This document shows, piece after piece, positions 1 through 12,708 of a stretch of DNA of 64,000 nt. The position numbers and the translations under genes were made by a program. Source of the DNA: Marsupella aquatica (lineage: Eukaryota > Plantae > Marchantiophyta); NCBI GenBank assembly GCA_973895155.1, contig OZ316892.1:24947233-25011232 (forward strand). Direction: 5' to 3'. Position 1 is the stretch's first letter, and each line of letters begins with the position of its first letter. The notes beneath the pieces were generated by a model. The model searched no databases. It was not told where the DNA came from and saw only the letters and a list, made by a program, of their open reading frames with translations.

Positions 1-2760
1 GAGCACATTGGAGGGGCCCCAGAAGGAGAGACCGGACCCACCACCAGAAGGTAAAACGCCCAACCAAACTATTGGTTATTGCTGCTTGAATAAATCACCC
101 CAAAAGAATGCAATACTCCGTAGCACGATAGAAATGTCCTTTCTCCAAACTGAGGGGCCTTAGCTTCATGAATATGTCTAGCTCCCCGCAAATCTCCTTA
201 GCACGATGGAATCTTCCCACCACCAACTGCCCCCAACATCCGAAGGCCGGCCAATAGGATGGAAGAGAAGGCCAACTCCAAGACAGATCCAAAGAAGACA
301 GCCAATCTTTATGCAGCGAAGGACGATCATAGAGAAAGCACGGGAAGTCCGAATCCGGAGCTAAGACAAAAATGTACTATCTAAATTGGAAAGAGGCCAC
401 CACGCACAGCAAAGAGATCCTAAGAGTCACGATGAAAACTAACATATCAGAAAGGCCCCTAAACACTCTAATGTTCCGGTTTTTCCAGATGAGCCAAAAG
501 GTCTCAAATATAACAAATAAGCAAGCAGCGGGGAGAATGGCCTAGAGCCAGGTCTAGAGTGTTGAGGAAGGAAAGGCCTCCCGAAGATGAGACAAGGCTG
601 GGACCCGCTCATAGAACCATGCGATTCTGTTCCATGCTGCAGAAGCATTAGAGTAGGAGAAAAATAAGTGTTGGAAATCTTCAATGTGATCCCTGCAAAA
701 GGGGCAGCGGCGCGCCATCTCCTCTCCCACACTGGAGAGCTCTCCTGCCGGTAAAGATATATGCAGCAATAACTCTCCAAATAAAGATTTTCTCTCTATG
801 GAATAAATCTGATCTCCAGATCCTTCGCCAGCAACGCTGCCAAACCACCACAGAATCAGACAATCCCCACCGATTGTTAAATGATGTGGAGTCACAAGAA
901 GAGTCATCCAAATAAGAATATGCCAAAGACCTGCTCAAAAGACAAAGATCCCGAAGAGATCTATGACCCTGCCAACACTAATGCGATGCATCAAAAGAAC
1001 AGGAAATAGAGGGCCAAGGACCACTCTGGAGCACCCAAATAGTGATTCCAAGGAAATTGATGTAAGTGGAATGCACCCCATGTATCCTGGATAGACGGAC
1101 CAAAAAATCCACCCATACACTGGAAACCCAATCCCATAAGTCGAAGGCAGAGCAAATATTCAAGCGTTTGCACGCAGATAAAATAAAGTGGAGAGAAGAG
1201 AGTGAGAAGCCATTGGAACAGAATGTCAAGAACAGTAGCTCCTCAATTTCCCACCTAGCCATAAAGTCAAGAGAGCCAGCACTCCATAGAACCTTACCCC
1301 AAATGTTTGCCCAAGCCAACCAGATACCTACAGTGTAATTCATTCCACGAAAAGAAGACGGGGAGGAGAAGAAGAATCTATCCATAACCATGTATCCAGA
1401 ATGCCGTAGGAGAACAGATTCTCTCCAGGCAGCCGACCAAAGGTTCTTAGAGAAAAGGATGGACCACTGTAAGTTGGGATACGTGAGTAAACGAACGGCC
1501 CATCTAGCTAGCCAACAGAGCAGAAGCCTGAAACGAAACATTCTTAAAACCAATTCAAGGCCTCCATCCTGCTTTCGGCCGCTCATGCCGTCCCAGGAGA
1601 CAAGGGGGTTCTTCCTTCCACCGTCCTTGTTGAACCCCCAAAGGAAGTCCTTGCAAATCTTCTGAATCCTATCTGATAGACCCCTGGCAAAATGAGTGTA
1701 CATCATGTGGTACACCGTCATTGATAAAAGTACCTGCTAAGTAATCAACAATACTTACCTGTGAAGGAAAAATTCTTATTGGACCAAGTAGCAAGACCTT
1801 GATTAAGTGTCTTTAAGCAGAAATCTTGGAACTGCAGATTAGTCTTTATACCATGATTGTACCTTGCCTATCAGCGCGCTGCATAAGTGGTTGAGTTGAA
1901 AGTGCATAAATGAGCCGGGCTAGGGGACATCCCTGTCGAACACCTCGCCGAAGCATAATCGGTTCAGTGAATTGTCTATTCACATGGACCTTAGCCAAGG
2001 CCTGATTCATAAGGCCCATAATGATCCGGACCAGCCTTTCACCCAGCCCAGATGTCCCTAATATAACTATGATCTACACGATCGAAAGCCTTAGAGAAAT
2101 CCATTTTATTAGTACTTAACCAATCCCATGCCAACTAGCCATGCCATCGAGACATTGTCCAATATTTCTCTCCCTGGTAAAACCCTGTTTGTTGTACGCT
2201 GACCATCCTAGGCAGGAACCTGCACAATCTCATTGCTATCAGCTTAGCAATAATCTTATAAGAAATGTTCAGGAGAGTAATTGGTCTCCAGTCTTATAAT
2301 CTAGATTTGTCCAATGCTTTTGGTGTTGATTATTGCTCTTAGTCTTGTGACTCTAGAGCTAACCACAGTTAGGCTAACTCAGGTTAGGACTTAGCTTAGA
2401 GAGTAATTGGTCTCCAGTCTTATAATCTTGATTTGTCCAATGCTTTTGGTGTTGATTATAATTGCTCTTAGTCTTGTGAGTCTAGAGCTAACCACAGTTA
2501 GGCTAACTCAGGTTAGGACTTAGCTTAGGTTAGCAGTGATGCATGCTGTATATAACCAGGGCTGATGACCTCTATAGTGAGTCCATCTATCCCGGGGGCA
2601 TTATTTTGCTTGATCTGGTTTGCTGCTGAATAGAGCTCATCAAAAGAAGGGACCGAGTCTAAGATAAGCGATTCTGCCTGAGATATCCGAGAGGAAGAAA
2701 AATGAAGAATTGTGAACATGTTATTGTTGAGGAGGATGAAGGTGAGAACATGGAGATGCA
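1..2760 (-). pseudogene. Degenerate L1-like non-LTR retrotransposon ORF2 (RT + zf-RVT) remnant
   Basis: Minus-strand fragments read APGIDGLT, WRPITLLNISYKIIAKLIA, QTGF..GREILDNV, MDFSKAFDRV, KICKDFLWG..VSW, and CPFC..IEDFQHLFF..W. Many stops and frameshifts. Confidence 0.85.
2274..2528. repeat. Tandem duplication, ~126-bp unit x2
   Basis: AGAGTAATTGGTCTCCAGTCTTATAATCT...GGACTTAGCTTAG starts at 2274 and again at 2400. Confidence 0.9.
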
Positions 2761-3170
2761 AGGGGCAACCTGTGTATATAAACATTTTTAATTAATCTAT
2801 GGACCCCTTTAATTTTTAGGATTCTAAAGTATTTTGAACTTATTTTGGCAGCCCCCTTATGAATTTTAATGTTTATGATTTATTAGAGATGAAATGAAAC
2901 ATTACACCACTTGAACATTCTCATGAATGAGATAAATAATTCTGATTGTGTCTTAGGTTCCCCTCATGTCTTTCTTTCCTAAGTTTATGGTTTTTATTGG
3001 AATGAATGTCATTCATTGAATTAAGTGCACACATAGTAGCATCCTTGATTGTACTTTTCATTGGTCACTGTGCAACAATCCTTCTAATTATGTTCTCATA
3101 TTTTATTTCCTTTCAAATCACTACAAGACAAAAACTCAAGCATGTTCTAGGATGAGCATGCTATAGCTAT
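2760..3170 (+). repeat. Dispersed ~400-bp repeat, copy 1 (diverged homolog at 40617-41060)
   Basis: Shared colinear blocks AGGGGCA, TTTTGAACTTATTTTGGCAGCCCCCTT, TTCCTA.GTTTATGGTTTTTATTG, ATCACTACAAGACAAAAA, AGGATGAGCATGCTATA. Confidence 0.75.
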
Positions 3171-3581
3171 ACTATATCCCTGATCTTTGGATAGTGTTTT
3201 ATGTTTATATTTTTTATTTTATGAGAGTAAAATATAATCATTGCACCCTTGTAGAGTTGTAGTCCCCATGGGAGAGTAGAAAGTACAATCTATAATTACA
3301 ATTCATAATTGTACTCTCAAGTATTGGTTCTTGTTCTCACTTAGACTATTGCAATGTCATTATGTGTACCTTGGCCACGTAATTAATAATCAAACACTTA
3401 TAAAAAATCACCCAAAAGACCTAACTGTTGTTATTCATTCCCATCCCAAATGCATTTAGTAACTGGATGAAGGACTAAAATGAGTGGGATTCAATATTAT
3501 AGATATATATATATTAATTTCTTCTACAATGATGTCTTATGTGCACACAATTATTGACTTAATGAACTCTTTAAAGCACCA

Positions 3582-3769
3582 AAATTATGACAAGGAAAAC
3601 CACAAAGGGCATTATTATTTGTGAAGAGCATAACTTCTATATAACAGTGGAAATTATGACAAGGAAATCCACAAAGGGCATTATTATTTGTGAAGAGCAT
3701 AACTTTTACACAACAGTGGAAATTATGACAAGGAAAACCACAAAGGGCATTATTATTTGTGAAGAGCAT
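3582..3769. repeat. 69-bp minisatellite, ~2.7 copies
   Basis: ATGACAAGGAAA.CCACAAAGGGCATTATTATTTGTGAAGAGCAT at 3587, 3656, 3725. Confidence 0.95.
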
Positions 3770-4418
3770 CTCTCCATATTCTTTTATACAAAAATATATG
3801 GTTATCAAAATCATAACGGGAGAAATCACAAACGGCATTAAGAGTGTGGAGAGCTCATTTTTTAATGGTTGTTTTTGTAGATTCTTCCTAGATATTTTGC
3901 ATGGGATGGAATGAATATATTAGAGGGGTTACGCTCCCTTGCATGTGGTGGAAATAAATGAAAGCAGATAGACCCCAACCCATCTAATTACAGTACCGCT
4001 ATACCTAAATGCGGACGACATCGGCGGTCAAGACTCCCTCTCATCCCTCACATCCACGGTCCCTCTGAGCTCCCACTAACCCTGACAGAGGCCAAGGTAA
4101 CCGGGGTTCAGACCTCTCGCTCATCGGTCACAAGGGACATCAATTCTCGTTGATGTTTTCCTCTCGTCGGGATTCTCGTGAACTGAATTCATGATTCTAT
4201 ATTCACACGACAGGACGGCGGATGAGAATTGATGAGAAACAATTCCGCTTTTGATACGTACGCGTTGCATTATTTCTGAGGTGCAGTGAGTGAGGGATCA
4301 CTTGAGATACTACAGAAACGCTGTGAGCACTTTGAATGGAACAGAGAGGATGCAAATGTGTCAATGTTCACATCTCCATACTTACCATCCCCTTTAAGAA
4401 TCAACTGTTCGTAGCAGC

Positions 4419-4480
4419 CAAACAAAGCCAAACAAAACAAAACAAAACAAAACAAAACAAAACAACAAAAAACAAAACAA
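4419..4480. repeat. (AAAAC)n microsatellite
   Basis: Direct inspection. Confidence 0.9.
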
Positions 4481-5883
4481 GAGAAGTCACAGTTTGAGAT
4501 GCTGAACGATTGTCCAGTATGTTGATCGTTAAATCGTGGTGACGAGGAGTGCGCTCTATTCTGAATCGCAGGAGCCTGAGCGAACTTTGCAGATGCCCAA
4601 GATGGACAGAAGCAAAATCGACAAAGAGAGGATCGTGTTCCTGTCTCTTCAAATCCGATCATCATTCTGACTCTTGCACTCTTTCGAATTCTCATACTAA
4701 GAAACTTTAGATCCGAGTCCGAGTACCAGGAGCTATCACCTCGTGGAGGGAACCCAAGACCCATTCAATTGGTATCGATTGCATTACCAAGTTGCATAGT
4801 CAGGTCGGTCTTAATCTGTGATCTAGACAAGATTTTAGATGGTCAAGAAAAGTCGGCTGTGAAGATCAGGAGTCACAGACTGGGCGATCGCCGTGTGACA
4901 CAATATGGTGATGAGTCAATGAGATGAAAGAGGGGATGAAGTGAGCTCGCTGATATCTAAAGCTAGTCAACCTCTTCGCCGCGAGCATTGATTGGAAGGT
5001 AATTTCGGCCTCTAGAAAAAGAGTGCTCGTACATGGATTGTAATGTAACTCTTTGATGTGAGGTAGATGATGGTGCAGGTTAAAGTGATGGGGACGAGTC
5101 GTACTGGTGAAGAAGAAGACAAAAGCGCTAGGAGCTTTTTCATAGTCTCTGTTGTAGATACGTAACTTTTGAGTGAATGATGCAAATAATTCAGTACTGT
5201 TTGGATGAGTACCGTATTTTGTGGATTGTGGTTAGGACCTCTAGGTCCTCACGAAAGACAGATAGGCATCATTCTTTTGGAACTCTTTTCACGGCCGTCT
5301 TACTGGGTTGATTGCAGCTTGCATGCAAGAGGAGCAGACTTTGGAGGTTCTGCCCGTCCAGTGACTAGAATTTCTTGAAACACAGGACAGTCTCTGGCAA
5401 GTGATTTCCGACGGAGAATTTACACTGGTACAGCAGCATTCCTGGTGATTGCACTGATGTAGATGCCGGACCGGATTGATGGGGCGTAAAGAAAATGGAG
5501 ATCGGTGTACAGGTAAAGAATGCTGTCTCAGCTAGCTACTGCCAATTTTCCATAACTGCAAGGATTTTTCCCACTTGCTGTGTTTGTTTTGATTAGTTTA
5601 GAGCAACTCCGCCATTTACTGAGAATGGCCTAGCTGGCGCACGGAAGTGCTGCGGAGATAACGAAAAACAGGGACAATGAAATGCGTCGTGGATTGGTGC
5701 AGAGCATGAATTGCTCGCCCACCGTAGCGCCTCACCGTGTCTTGATCACGACAGGCGTAATCACGAGCGTGGTACTGTGGCGAGTCGGGATCGTGGGGAT
5801 TGTGGGTAGTATGGGGGACCATGCAATTGCATAGGTTTGAGGGCATGGCCTGATTCTGGCTGGACCTGATCGGCGAGAGGAAC

Positions 5884-6910
5884 ATGGCCTCTCAACTTTC
5901 TAGAGCTCCTCTGTTGGATGAACGAGACGCTCAGGCCGTCCAAGCTGCTGCGGTGATGTCGCAAGGAGTGTCGCCAAGCTCCAGGTACAAATTCCAGTTG
6001 GGAGCAAAGATGGACTCCACGACTTCTCGTTTCCCTTCGAGCCCACCCAACGCCATATCTCACAAATATTGGGAGTCGAAGCAACCTTTGCAGCCCCCGG
6101 AAGCTCGAGCTTTGGCTTTTCTCAGGAAACTAGATCGAGAGTGCTGCAAATTGACTTTCCCGGAAGACATAACGTTTTTGGTGGACGGAAATGAGCAGAT
6201 ACATGGGCATCGCTTCATTCTGGTGAGACTTCTCAACTAGTAGAGGTTTTTACTTTTGCTCCCAAATTGCATACCACCCATAGCATACCCGTTGAAGCTG
6301 GTTATCGGTTTCTAGCGTGGCATTGTTTGGAAATTATTCTGCAACTTGGCGTTTGATGAACGAAAGGGTCTTTCTTCTCTTGAAATCTTCATTTCTGGGC
6401 TTAATGAAAGCTGAATTTGCTTGGCAGGCGAGCAAGTCGCCGGTCTTCCGCAAGATGTTTGAATCGCAAATGAAAGAAACTCGGACAGGAGAGATTCAGA
6501 TTCTGGATGCATCAGCTCCAGTGATTCGTGGAATGGTGGATTTCTGTTACACAGCAGAGATCAACTTTGGGGAGCAAGTGTTTCCCGATGAAGTGCTGAA
6601 AGTGGCCCACAAATATGACCTCCCAGAACTTAAATGTGAAGCTGAGTGCGAGTTGTTGAAAAGGCTTACAGAAGCGAATCTCGTCGAAGCGCTGGAACTT
6701 TCCTGTACATATCAAGCCGAAATTGTCAAGCAGAGGTGTATAGATTATCTCGCTCATTCGATTCGAGTGAATTCTCTCAATTTGTGTTCCCTTCTAAGGA
6801 TTTCGTACAAATACGATGTCGTGCCTCTCAAAGTACGGGCACTTGAATTTTTCAGACAGAACTTTGAAAGCCTCAAGTTTGTTGTCATGGACGATCTTCT
6901 TTCAGAATGA
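5884..6910 (+). CDS. BTB/POZ domain protein (SPOP/BPM-like BTB followed by BACK-like helices), 2 exons: 5884-6222 and 6428-6910, ~273 aa
   Basis: Splicing at the GT-AG intron 6223-6427 (CTG|GTGAGA ... TTGGCAG|GCG) gives in-frame DITFLV..QIHGHRFILASKSPVFRKMFESQMKE..EIQILD..GMVDFCYT..VLKVAHKYDLPELKCEAE, a canonical BTB. No internal stops. Confidence 0.9.
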
Positions 6911-7035
6911 TCTCAACAACGGTGGAACACATTCTGAAGGTCGTTTGTAGCTCCTCGCATCAACAGAGATCTTTAGCAGGTACTTGGGAACCTTCTCAAG
7001 CACATTGGCCAATTCCGGAGTCCCCACTATATGTA

Positions 7036-7114
7036 CTTCTCTTCTCTTCTCTTCTCTTCTCTTCTCTTCTCTTCTCTTCTCTTCTCTTCTCTTCTCTTCT
7101 CTTCTCTTCTCTTC
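7036..7114. repeat. (CTTCT)n microsatellite, ~15 copies
   Basis: Direct inspection; lies just 3' of the BTB gene. Confidence 0.95.
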
Positions 7115-7626
7115 GTTCCTCTTTTTTCTCTCCTTTCTTTGGATTGTAGAAATACTCATTTGCTTTACCCAAGTACATTATGGAATTTAAAGAGAAAAAT
7201 ATAACTTTGAGAGATTGGGACATTTATCTGTGTCCCGTGATCCAAAATGTGCTGTTTCTATCCACATAAGACATTGCCGTATGCTACCTTCGCGCTGTAT
7301 GACATCTGAGCGTTAAGGATTGGGATGTTCATTTCCTCGTCTGAAAATTACAAGAACGATTTTTCTGTCCTTCAGAATCACAATGTTTAGATGATGTGGT
7401 CATATCATTCTCTCGTGTTGTTGTAAATGCTTCACTCCTTGTGACTATCTATTGTTGAAGGATTCAGCAAATTCGTCAAGTAAAACTTGTGTGTTGAGCA
7501 GATCAAACGGGTGACATTCTATCACCACCAGGTTTGCTGACTGTTATCTGTATTAATATGGGATGTCTACTTCGGGAATTATCAGCTGTTTCCAAAAAGG
7601 ATGAGGCGTTTCCAAAAAGGATGAGG

Positions 7627-7970
7627 CGATTCATACTACTTAATGAACTAAGCAACATTGTTGTGGAAGCATTTTCGGGGTCTCCGGGATGTACATTGGG
7701 ACCCCTGAAATACAGAAGGTAGGAAGACATGGCAGGGCATGCTTTTGACATCACAGGCAGATGATTGGACATGCTTGTTCATATTGTGGGTAAAACGATT
7801 CATACTACTTAATGAACTAAGCGGACGCAACATTGTTGTGGAAGCATTTTCGGGGTCTCCGGGTGTACATGGGGACCCCTGAAATACAGAAGGTAGGAAG
7901 ACATAGCAGGGCATGCTTTTGACATCGCAGGCAGATGATTGGACATGCTTGTTCATATTGTGGGTAAAAC
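7627..7970. repeat. Tandem duplication, ~169-bp unit x2
   Basis: CGATTCATACTACTTAATGAACTAAGC...TATTGTGGGTAAAAC starts at 7627 and 7796. Confidence 0.9.
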
Positions 7971-9879
7971 TGAAGGAAAATTTGTTTCCTGAATGGTGCA
8001 TAGTAGTGTTTCACATTGTAACGACTCTTGTTCAGTCGTAGAAATCAGTATGAATACTGTAGTTTGGTGTGATAGATTGTCTCCTGATTGATCCAGGTCG
8101 ATTTTGATCGTTGTTAAATACCCTCACATTTAGAATCTGGATAGTGTGGATCCCCTCTGCACGACTCCGCAGTCAAGGGAATGAAGTTCTTGTTGCTATA
8201 AAATCTAGGTCACCCAACTCGGTATGGACATGATTGCCATGATTGGTTGTCATGTCCATCCTGCTGTCCATCCTAGCCAATAAATCCGTCTCTGAAGCTG
8301 TTTTGCTTGCAAGGGTCTGTCTCATTACGTTTGTGTGAGTTTCCACACTCGCATCAAACAACAAGGGCGTCACATGATTTATAAGACACTGTACTCCCAA
8401 GTCAGGCCCAGTCGTCATTCTCTGAACAAAGTCGATGTCAACAGGGGTCAGGTCCTTGAAAACTTGAACAGCTTTGAGTTTGGCTCGGGCCAGTTCCGTG
8501 GTCCAGTAGACCTTCACTTGTGACAACATCTGAACGAATTGGGCTTGGATGGATCCTGGGAGCTAGAACAGATAGCGTTTGTTCCTAACTTCGGTCCATG
8601 GAACGGACCTCGATTGTAAGTGAACCTGAGTCAGGCCCAAGAAAATAGTAAACTTAGTCTAGAATTGCAGCTGAGTTGTGGTCATCCCTTCTCCCGGGCT
8701 CTAGATACAACTTAGTTGTGGTGACTATAGCGGTGTGTTTGTTTCTTGGCCAAAGAAACGTGCATCACAGGTGTGCTGTATTCTAGTGGATTGAGATCAT
8801 CGGGATCTAATCATTTTTATCAGAGTTTTCCAAGCTGGGCATAGCAATATAGCATATTCAGGTGGCGGCACTCACATATCATGTGAGATTTCAATTCTTG
8901 AAATGGATATCTTACTGAATTGAGAATATCCCGTAATTTCAACCTACAAGAATGTAAGCCAAGGATCAGTACCCCCAACTGACATCTCTGAGGGAGCGTG
9001 CAAGAAGCGACACGAAAAAAAACTGAAGCAAGGTTGGAACTGGTGTCAGTTTTATGAGAAATAGTCAATTGCGTGTCAATTATGGACAGGGGCTAGCTTT
9101 GATATCATCATTGACAGTGTAACCAGAAGATCAGTTTCATCATTTAGTTTCTAAGATCTGAGTACCTGTAATTTGAAACAACTAAATGTTCACATGGAGG
9201 AGATGTGCATTCTCACATGGACACAAACGCTTATGTGAAGGGCTTTGTATTTGAGTTCCTAGCAATCAGTTTCTGCAGGGATCAGGTAGGGCCTTCTGTT
9301 TGAGCCAGTTCCAATTAATTATGTCAAGGGCTGGTTTGCCTCTTTGGATTGAAGGAAAAAATCAAACATTACAAGCCAATTCTATTTGTTAGACAAGACC
9401 CAGATATTCTATTACATACTTAGGGTCTTTTATTCAAGGAAAAATCACAGTGGACACATTTGCCACAGTACTAGGAGACCGAGGTGTAAATCCATTCCCC
9501 TGCCCTTGCCCACACCCATGGTAACCTTAATTGCAAGTGGATCTATTAGGGCGTCTCAAACTTTGCAAACCATGGAACTTTTACGTGCCTGAATACCCCC
9601 CGGTCAGGACTGCAACCTAAAAAAGTGCGGTGACCAAAAACAGTGACCCTCAGTAACTTGGTAGGTTAGGTGACTGTTACCGTGTCTGAAACTAGGCCAG
9701 GTCACCCTTACCCGGTGCTAAACCCTTATGTAAGGCATCTAGGGTACGCTGATAGTGATGTTGGGGGAGCATGAAAACATTGGGGAAAGCATCCAATGCT
9801 GGAGCTTCAAACAGAGGTTTTGTGAAAGCTACTAGAGTGATCGGGATAACTAGTATACCAATCAGATAACATCCATCCC

Positions 9880-10226
9880 CCTGCTAGAACCCTTCTTTGA
9901 GTGATGGTGTGGATGCATGGCACTGGTGCGGATTACAAACAACGTGTTGTGAGACCCGTGGACATTCTTGCTCCACTGCTGCAGTACGAATGGAAGGATG
10001 GCCATCCATTCCTGGAAACCAATACTGCCGATCTAAGGGAACTTCAGGGGCCACTTCCAGGTACCTTTCACAAGGTAGTGAATAAGTGGGCAACTAGGCT
10101 GCAGTGGAACCCCAATCACAGCTCATTGTGGGCCGACGTCTGGTTACCGTTCCGGGCAGCCAATGAGAATTGCTTTCTGTGGCAACTGATTTACAAAATA
10201 CCTGCCATGCAGCACTGGAGATTTCC
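9880..10226 (+). pseudogene. L1-like non-LTR retrotransposon fragment (zf-RVT region)
   Basis: LWADVWLPFRAANENCFLWQLIYKIPAM resembles the W..+W...K..FLW.+ zf-RVT pattern. Confidence 0.55.
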
Positions 10227-10266
10227 GGTCGTGATGGGAATGGTGCATGTTTAAATCCTATGATCC
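10227..10266 (+). pseudogene. 5' piece of the PIF/Harbinger transposase interrupted by the Gypsy element
   Basis: GRDGNGACLNPMI(P) joins in frame to MWGVSCGSIVNY at 39405 once one ATCC TSD is removed. Confidence 0.75.
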
Positions 10267-10595
10267 TGTCACACCATTCTAGGTAGTGTTAGAGTGTATC
10301 GTACTATCTAGATCTGTATGTTTGGTATGTGTGCTATATGAGCCGATACGGTTCCGTTAGGTTTGTGTGAGAGGGTACTTTTCACTTGTGAGGCATTGAA
10401 AGGTCATCTTTCAATGTTGAGCCTTAGAGAGAGAGGAGCTTGAGTGGCTATGGTGGCTGTGAGCTCCGCTTGTGTAACGTGGATTCCTTGAGTAGTGCAA
10501 GGTGCGTTGGCTTAACATACGTGTGTGATCGGATCGGTGCGGGATCGATGGGGTATTGTTGACCGGGATCGTTGTGCCGATTGTTGAGGAGATTA
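10267..10595 (+). repeat. Terminal repeat A1 (329 bp)
   Basis: Colinear with A2 (38952-39280), roughly a dozen substitutions by eye. Confidence 0.95.
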
Positions 10596-10606
10596 CATTG
10601 AAAGAT
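10596..10606 (+). promoter_or_regulatory. Putative self-priming primer-binding site CATTGAAAGAT
   Basis: Starts immediately after A1 homology ends and is the exact reverse complement of ATCTTTCAATG at 10406-10416 inside A1. No TGG-type tRNA PBS is present. Confidence 0.7.
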
Positions 10607-11323
10607 CATGAGCTTCAAACTCTGTTGTGCGGACAGAAGCTCAGTCTGAGTTTGTCGTTGACGGTGACGGTTCGTGGTAGCTCGAATCAATTGGATTTGT
10701 GTTTGACCCACGGATCTTGAATCGTTGGTTCTATTGTTTGAGTACACCCATCTCGGGGCTATTCCCAACTGCGAGCGCTTAACTGGCAAGTTCTCATCCC
10801 ATCTTGTGTACACACAAGCTTTCACAACTTGTTGTTTAGATTCAAGGGCCAGGGGGCTTTATACACTTTCCGGTTTGCTTAGAGCCTTGTTTCGGGCCAA
10901 ATCAAAGGCTCTTTAAAGGTTTTTGATAGTTCTGAGTTCATCTAAATACACAGATTGAACCAATTCTGCATGGTTTCTCATCTATAACATTGGAACATCA
11001 TGAAACCTATTATGAAGGCCTTCATTGAACATTATGAATATTTGTTTGATCAATGTGTGATCACTCCTGGTGTGGAGAGTTAGTGTTTGACTATTCTTGT
11101 TGATTGAATCCTCTCCACACTTGTTTCCTGTTTATGCGCCATGTTGGTTCAGTATGGGCGCTTGATTCCATAGGAGTGATCCGAGTTTGCAACCGGACAT
11201 TCTAGTGTGTTGTGTATTTCTCTCCTGGTGATGTTGGAGTGATGCCCAACACACCATGGTGAGTGCTTGTGGTGCTGACAGGGACAGATTGCCCTTAGGG
11301 TTAGCACATAGATTAGGTTAGGG

Positions 11324-12708
11324 TTGGTCACCACGGATTCTTCTGGTGCTGCTGGGTTACCCGATGGACGACGGACCGGTTTTACTCGGAGTGGGGCGCA
11401 GTTTTGGCCAGCGGCATTGGTAGCAGTCAACAGTGCAGCTTTAGACAGTGATTCCGATGAGGACTCAGTGACCAGTTCTCCTCGTCATCAAGTGGTTGCA
11501 CCTTTGTTGTGGGATATGGACGAGATGTACGGGGCTACAAAGGGCCCACAACGATACTCTGGTGCAGTTGGCACAATTGATCTGGATGACTTCATCCAGG
11601 AGTTTGATACGTGGTGCGATATGCAGACATTGCGTAACGCCACGTTGTTTACCCCTTTCATGGCATGGAAGGGATTATTTCAACATTTGGAGAGGCCACC
11701 CATGGATGACTACCATGAGTTTTGGAAGACTCATTTGGTTGAGATTGAGGCATGGAGGCAGCATTGGTCGCCTAATTACGTGTCCATCACCTATGGCACT
11801 AGTGCGGCTGCCCAACCCATTGCCATAGTTGCTGCTTCTTCTAGCAGCACTAGCCAGAGTGGCACACCATCCACCAGTAGCACTCCAGTAGCATCCACCG
11901 CTACTCCTATCGGTGTGATTATGATAGGAACTGGAGTTGCGCCAGCATTTAACCCTGTGATGGAATTCTTTGAGGTACTGAAGCAGAACTATCAGGGTGT
12001 GAGAACTGATAAGTTGAAGGGTCTCCAGGAGTTCCAGCGCAAGACTGGAGAGAGTCTACGTGAGGCATACACTCGTATGCGCAGATTGATCACTATCACC
12101 AAGGGAGTGACAGAGGCTCATGCAGTCCAGTTTTGGTATGCAATTCTGGACAGAGAATTGCGACGTAGAGTGAGAGATGTCACTTTGCTTAGGGATGCAG
12201 ATCACTCTACTTAGGGATGCAGATCCCACATTAGCAGTTGTTTTTACACTTTCTGAGCGCATTGAGCTCAATATGGTGAATGAGAAGGTGATGACTTCCG
12301 GATTTGCCAAGGAAGCACCAAAGGCTGCATCTACATCCACACCACAACCTACTGCACGGAAGAGCTATAGGGAGAAGCCTACTGCACGAGAGTCTACCAG
12401 CCAGAGACCTGTGCCCTCTCATGCTAGACAGCAGTCAGGATGTTGGACCTGTGGTGGGGATCATGCACAAAGATATTGCCCAGATCATAGAGGATCAGGG
12501 GGAGCATCAGCGCCTGATCAGCGACAGTGTGATCACTGTGGAGCTCCTGGACACACCAAGGATAGGTGTTTCTCACTCCATCCTGAGTTACGGAGAGGAG
12601 GATCCTGTACACATGATCAGGGAAGAGGAGGAGGAGGTAGAGGCGGTGGATGTGGTCGTGGCATGCCACATGCAGGGAGACAGGGAGGTGACGATGCCCC
12701 TGCTGTAA
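11324..12708 (+). pseudogene. gag, 5' part (capsid-like region and two zinc knuckles)
   Basis: FQRKTGESLREAYTRM (major-homology-like), CWTCGGDHAQRYC and CDHCGAPGHTKDRC. Frameshifted by a 22-bp tandem duplication at 12181-12224 and cut by the solo LTR at 12709. Confidence 0.85.

Noticed and set aside
3551-3841. Repeat-protein ORFs or a CRISPR-like array in the 69-bp repeat
   Set aside because: Whole units repeat without unique spacers; the ORFs arise because 69 is divisible by 3.
4270-4764. 164-aa and 83-aa minus-strand ORFs
   Set aside because: They run through the (AAAAC)n microsatellite and show no domain.
6902-7223. EKRRE / SSLLF repeat ORFs
   Set aside because: Translations of the (CTTCT)n microsatellite.
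10591-10616. Reading GATTACA as a normal LTR end followed by a tRNA-Met PBS
   Set aside because: Homology with A2 stops before the CA and no TGGTATCAGAGC-like PBS follows; the CA belongs to the 11-nt self-complementary site.
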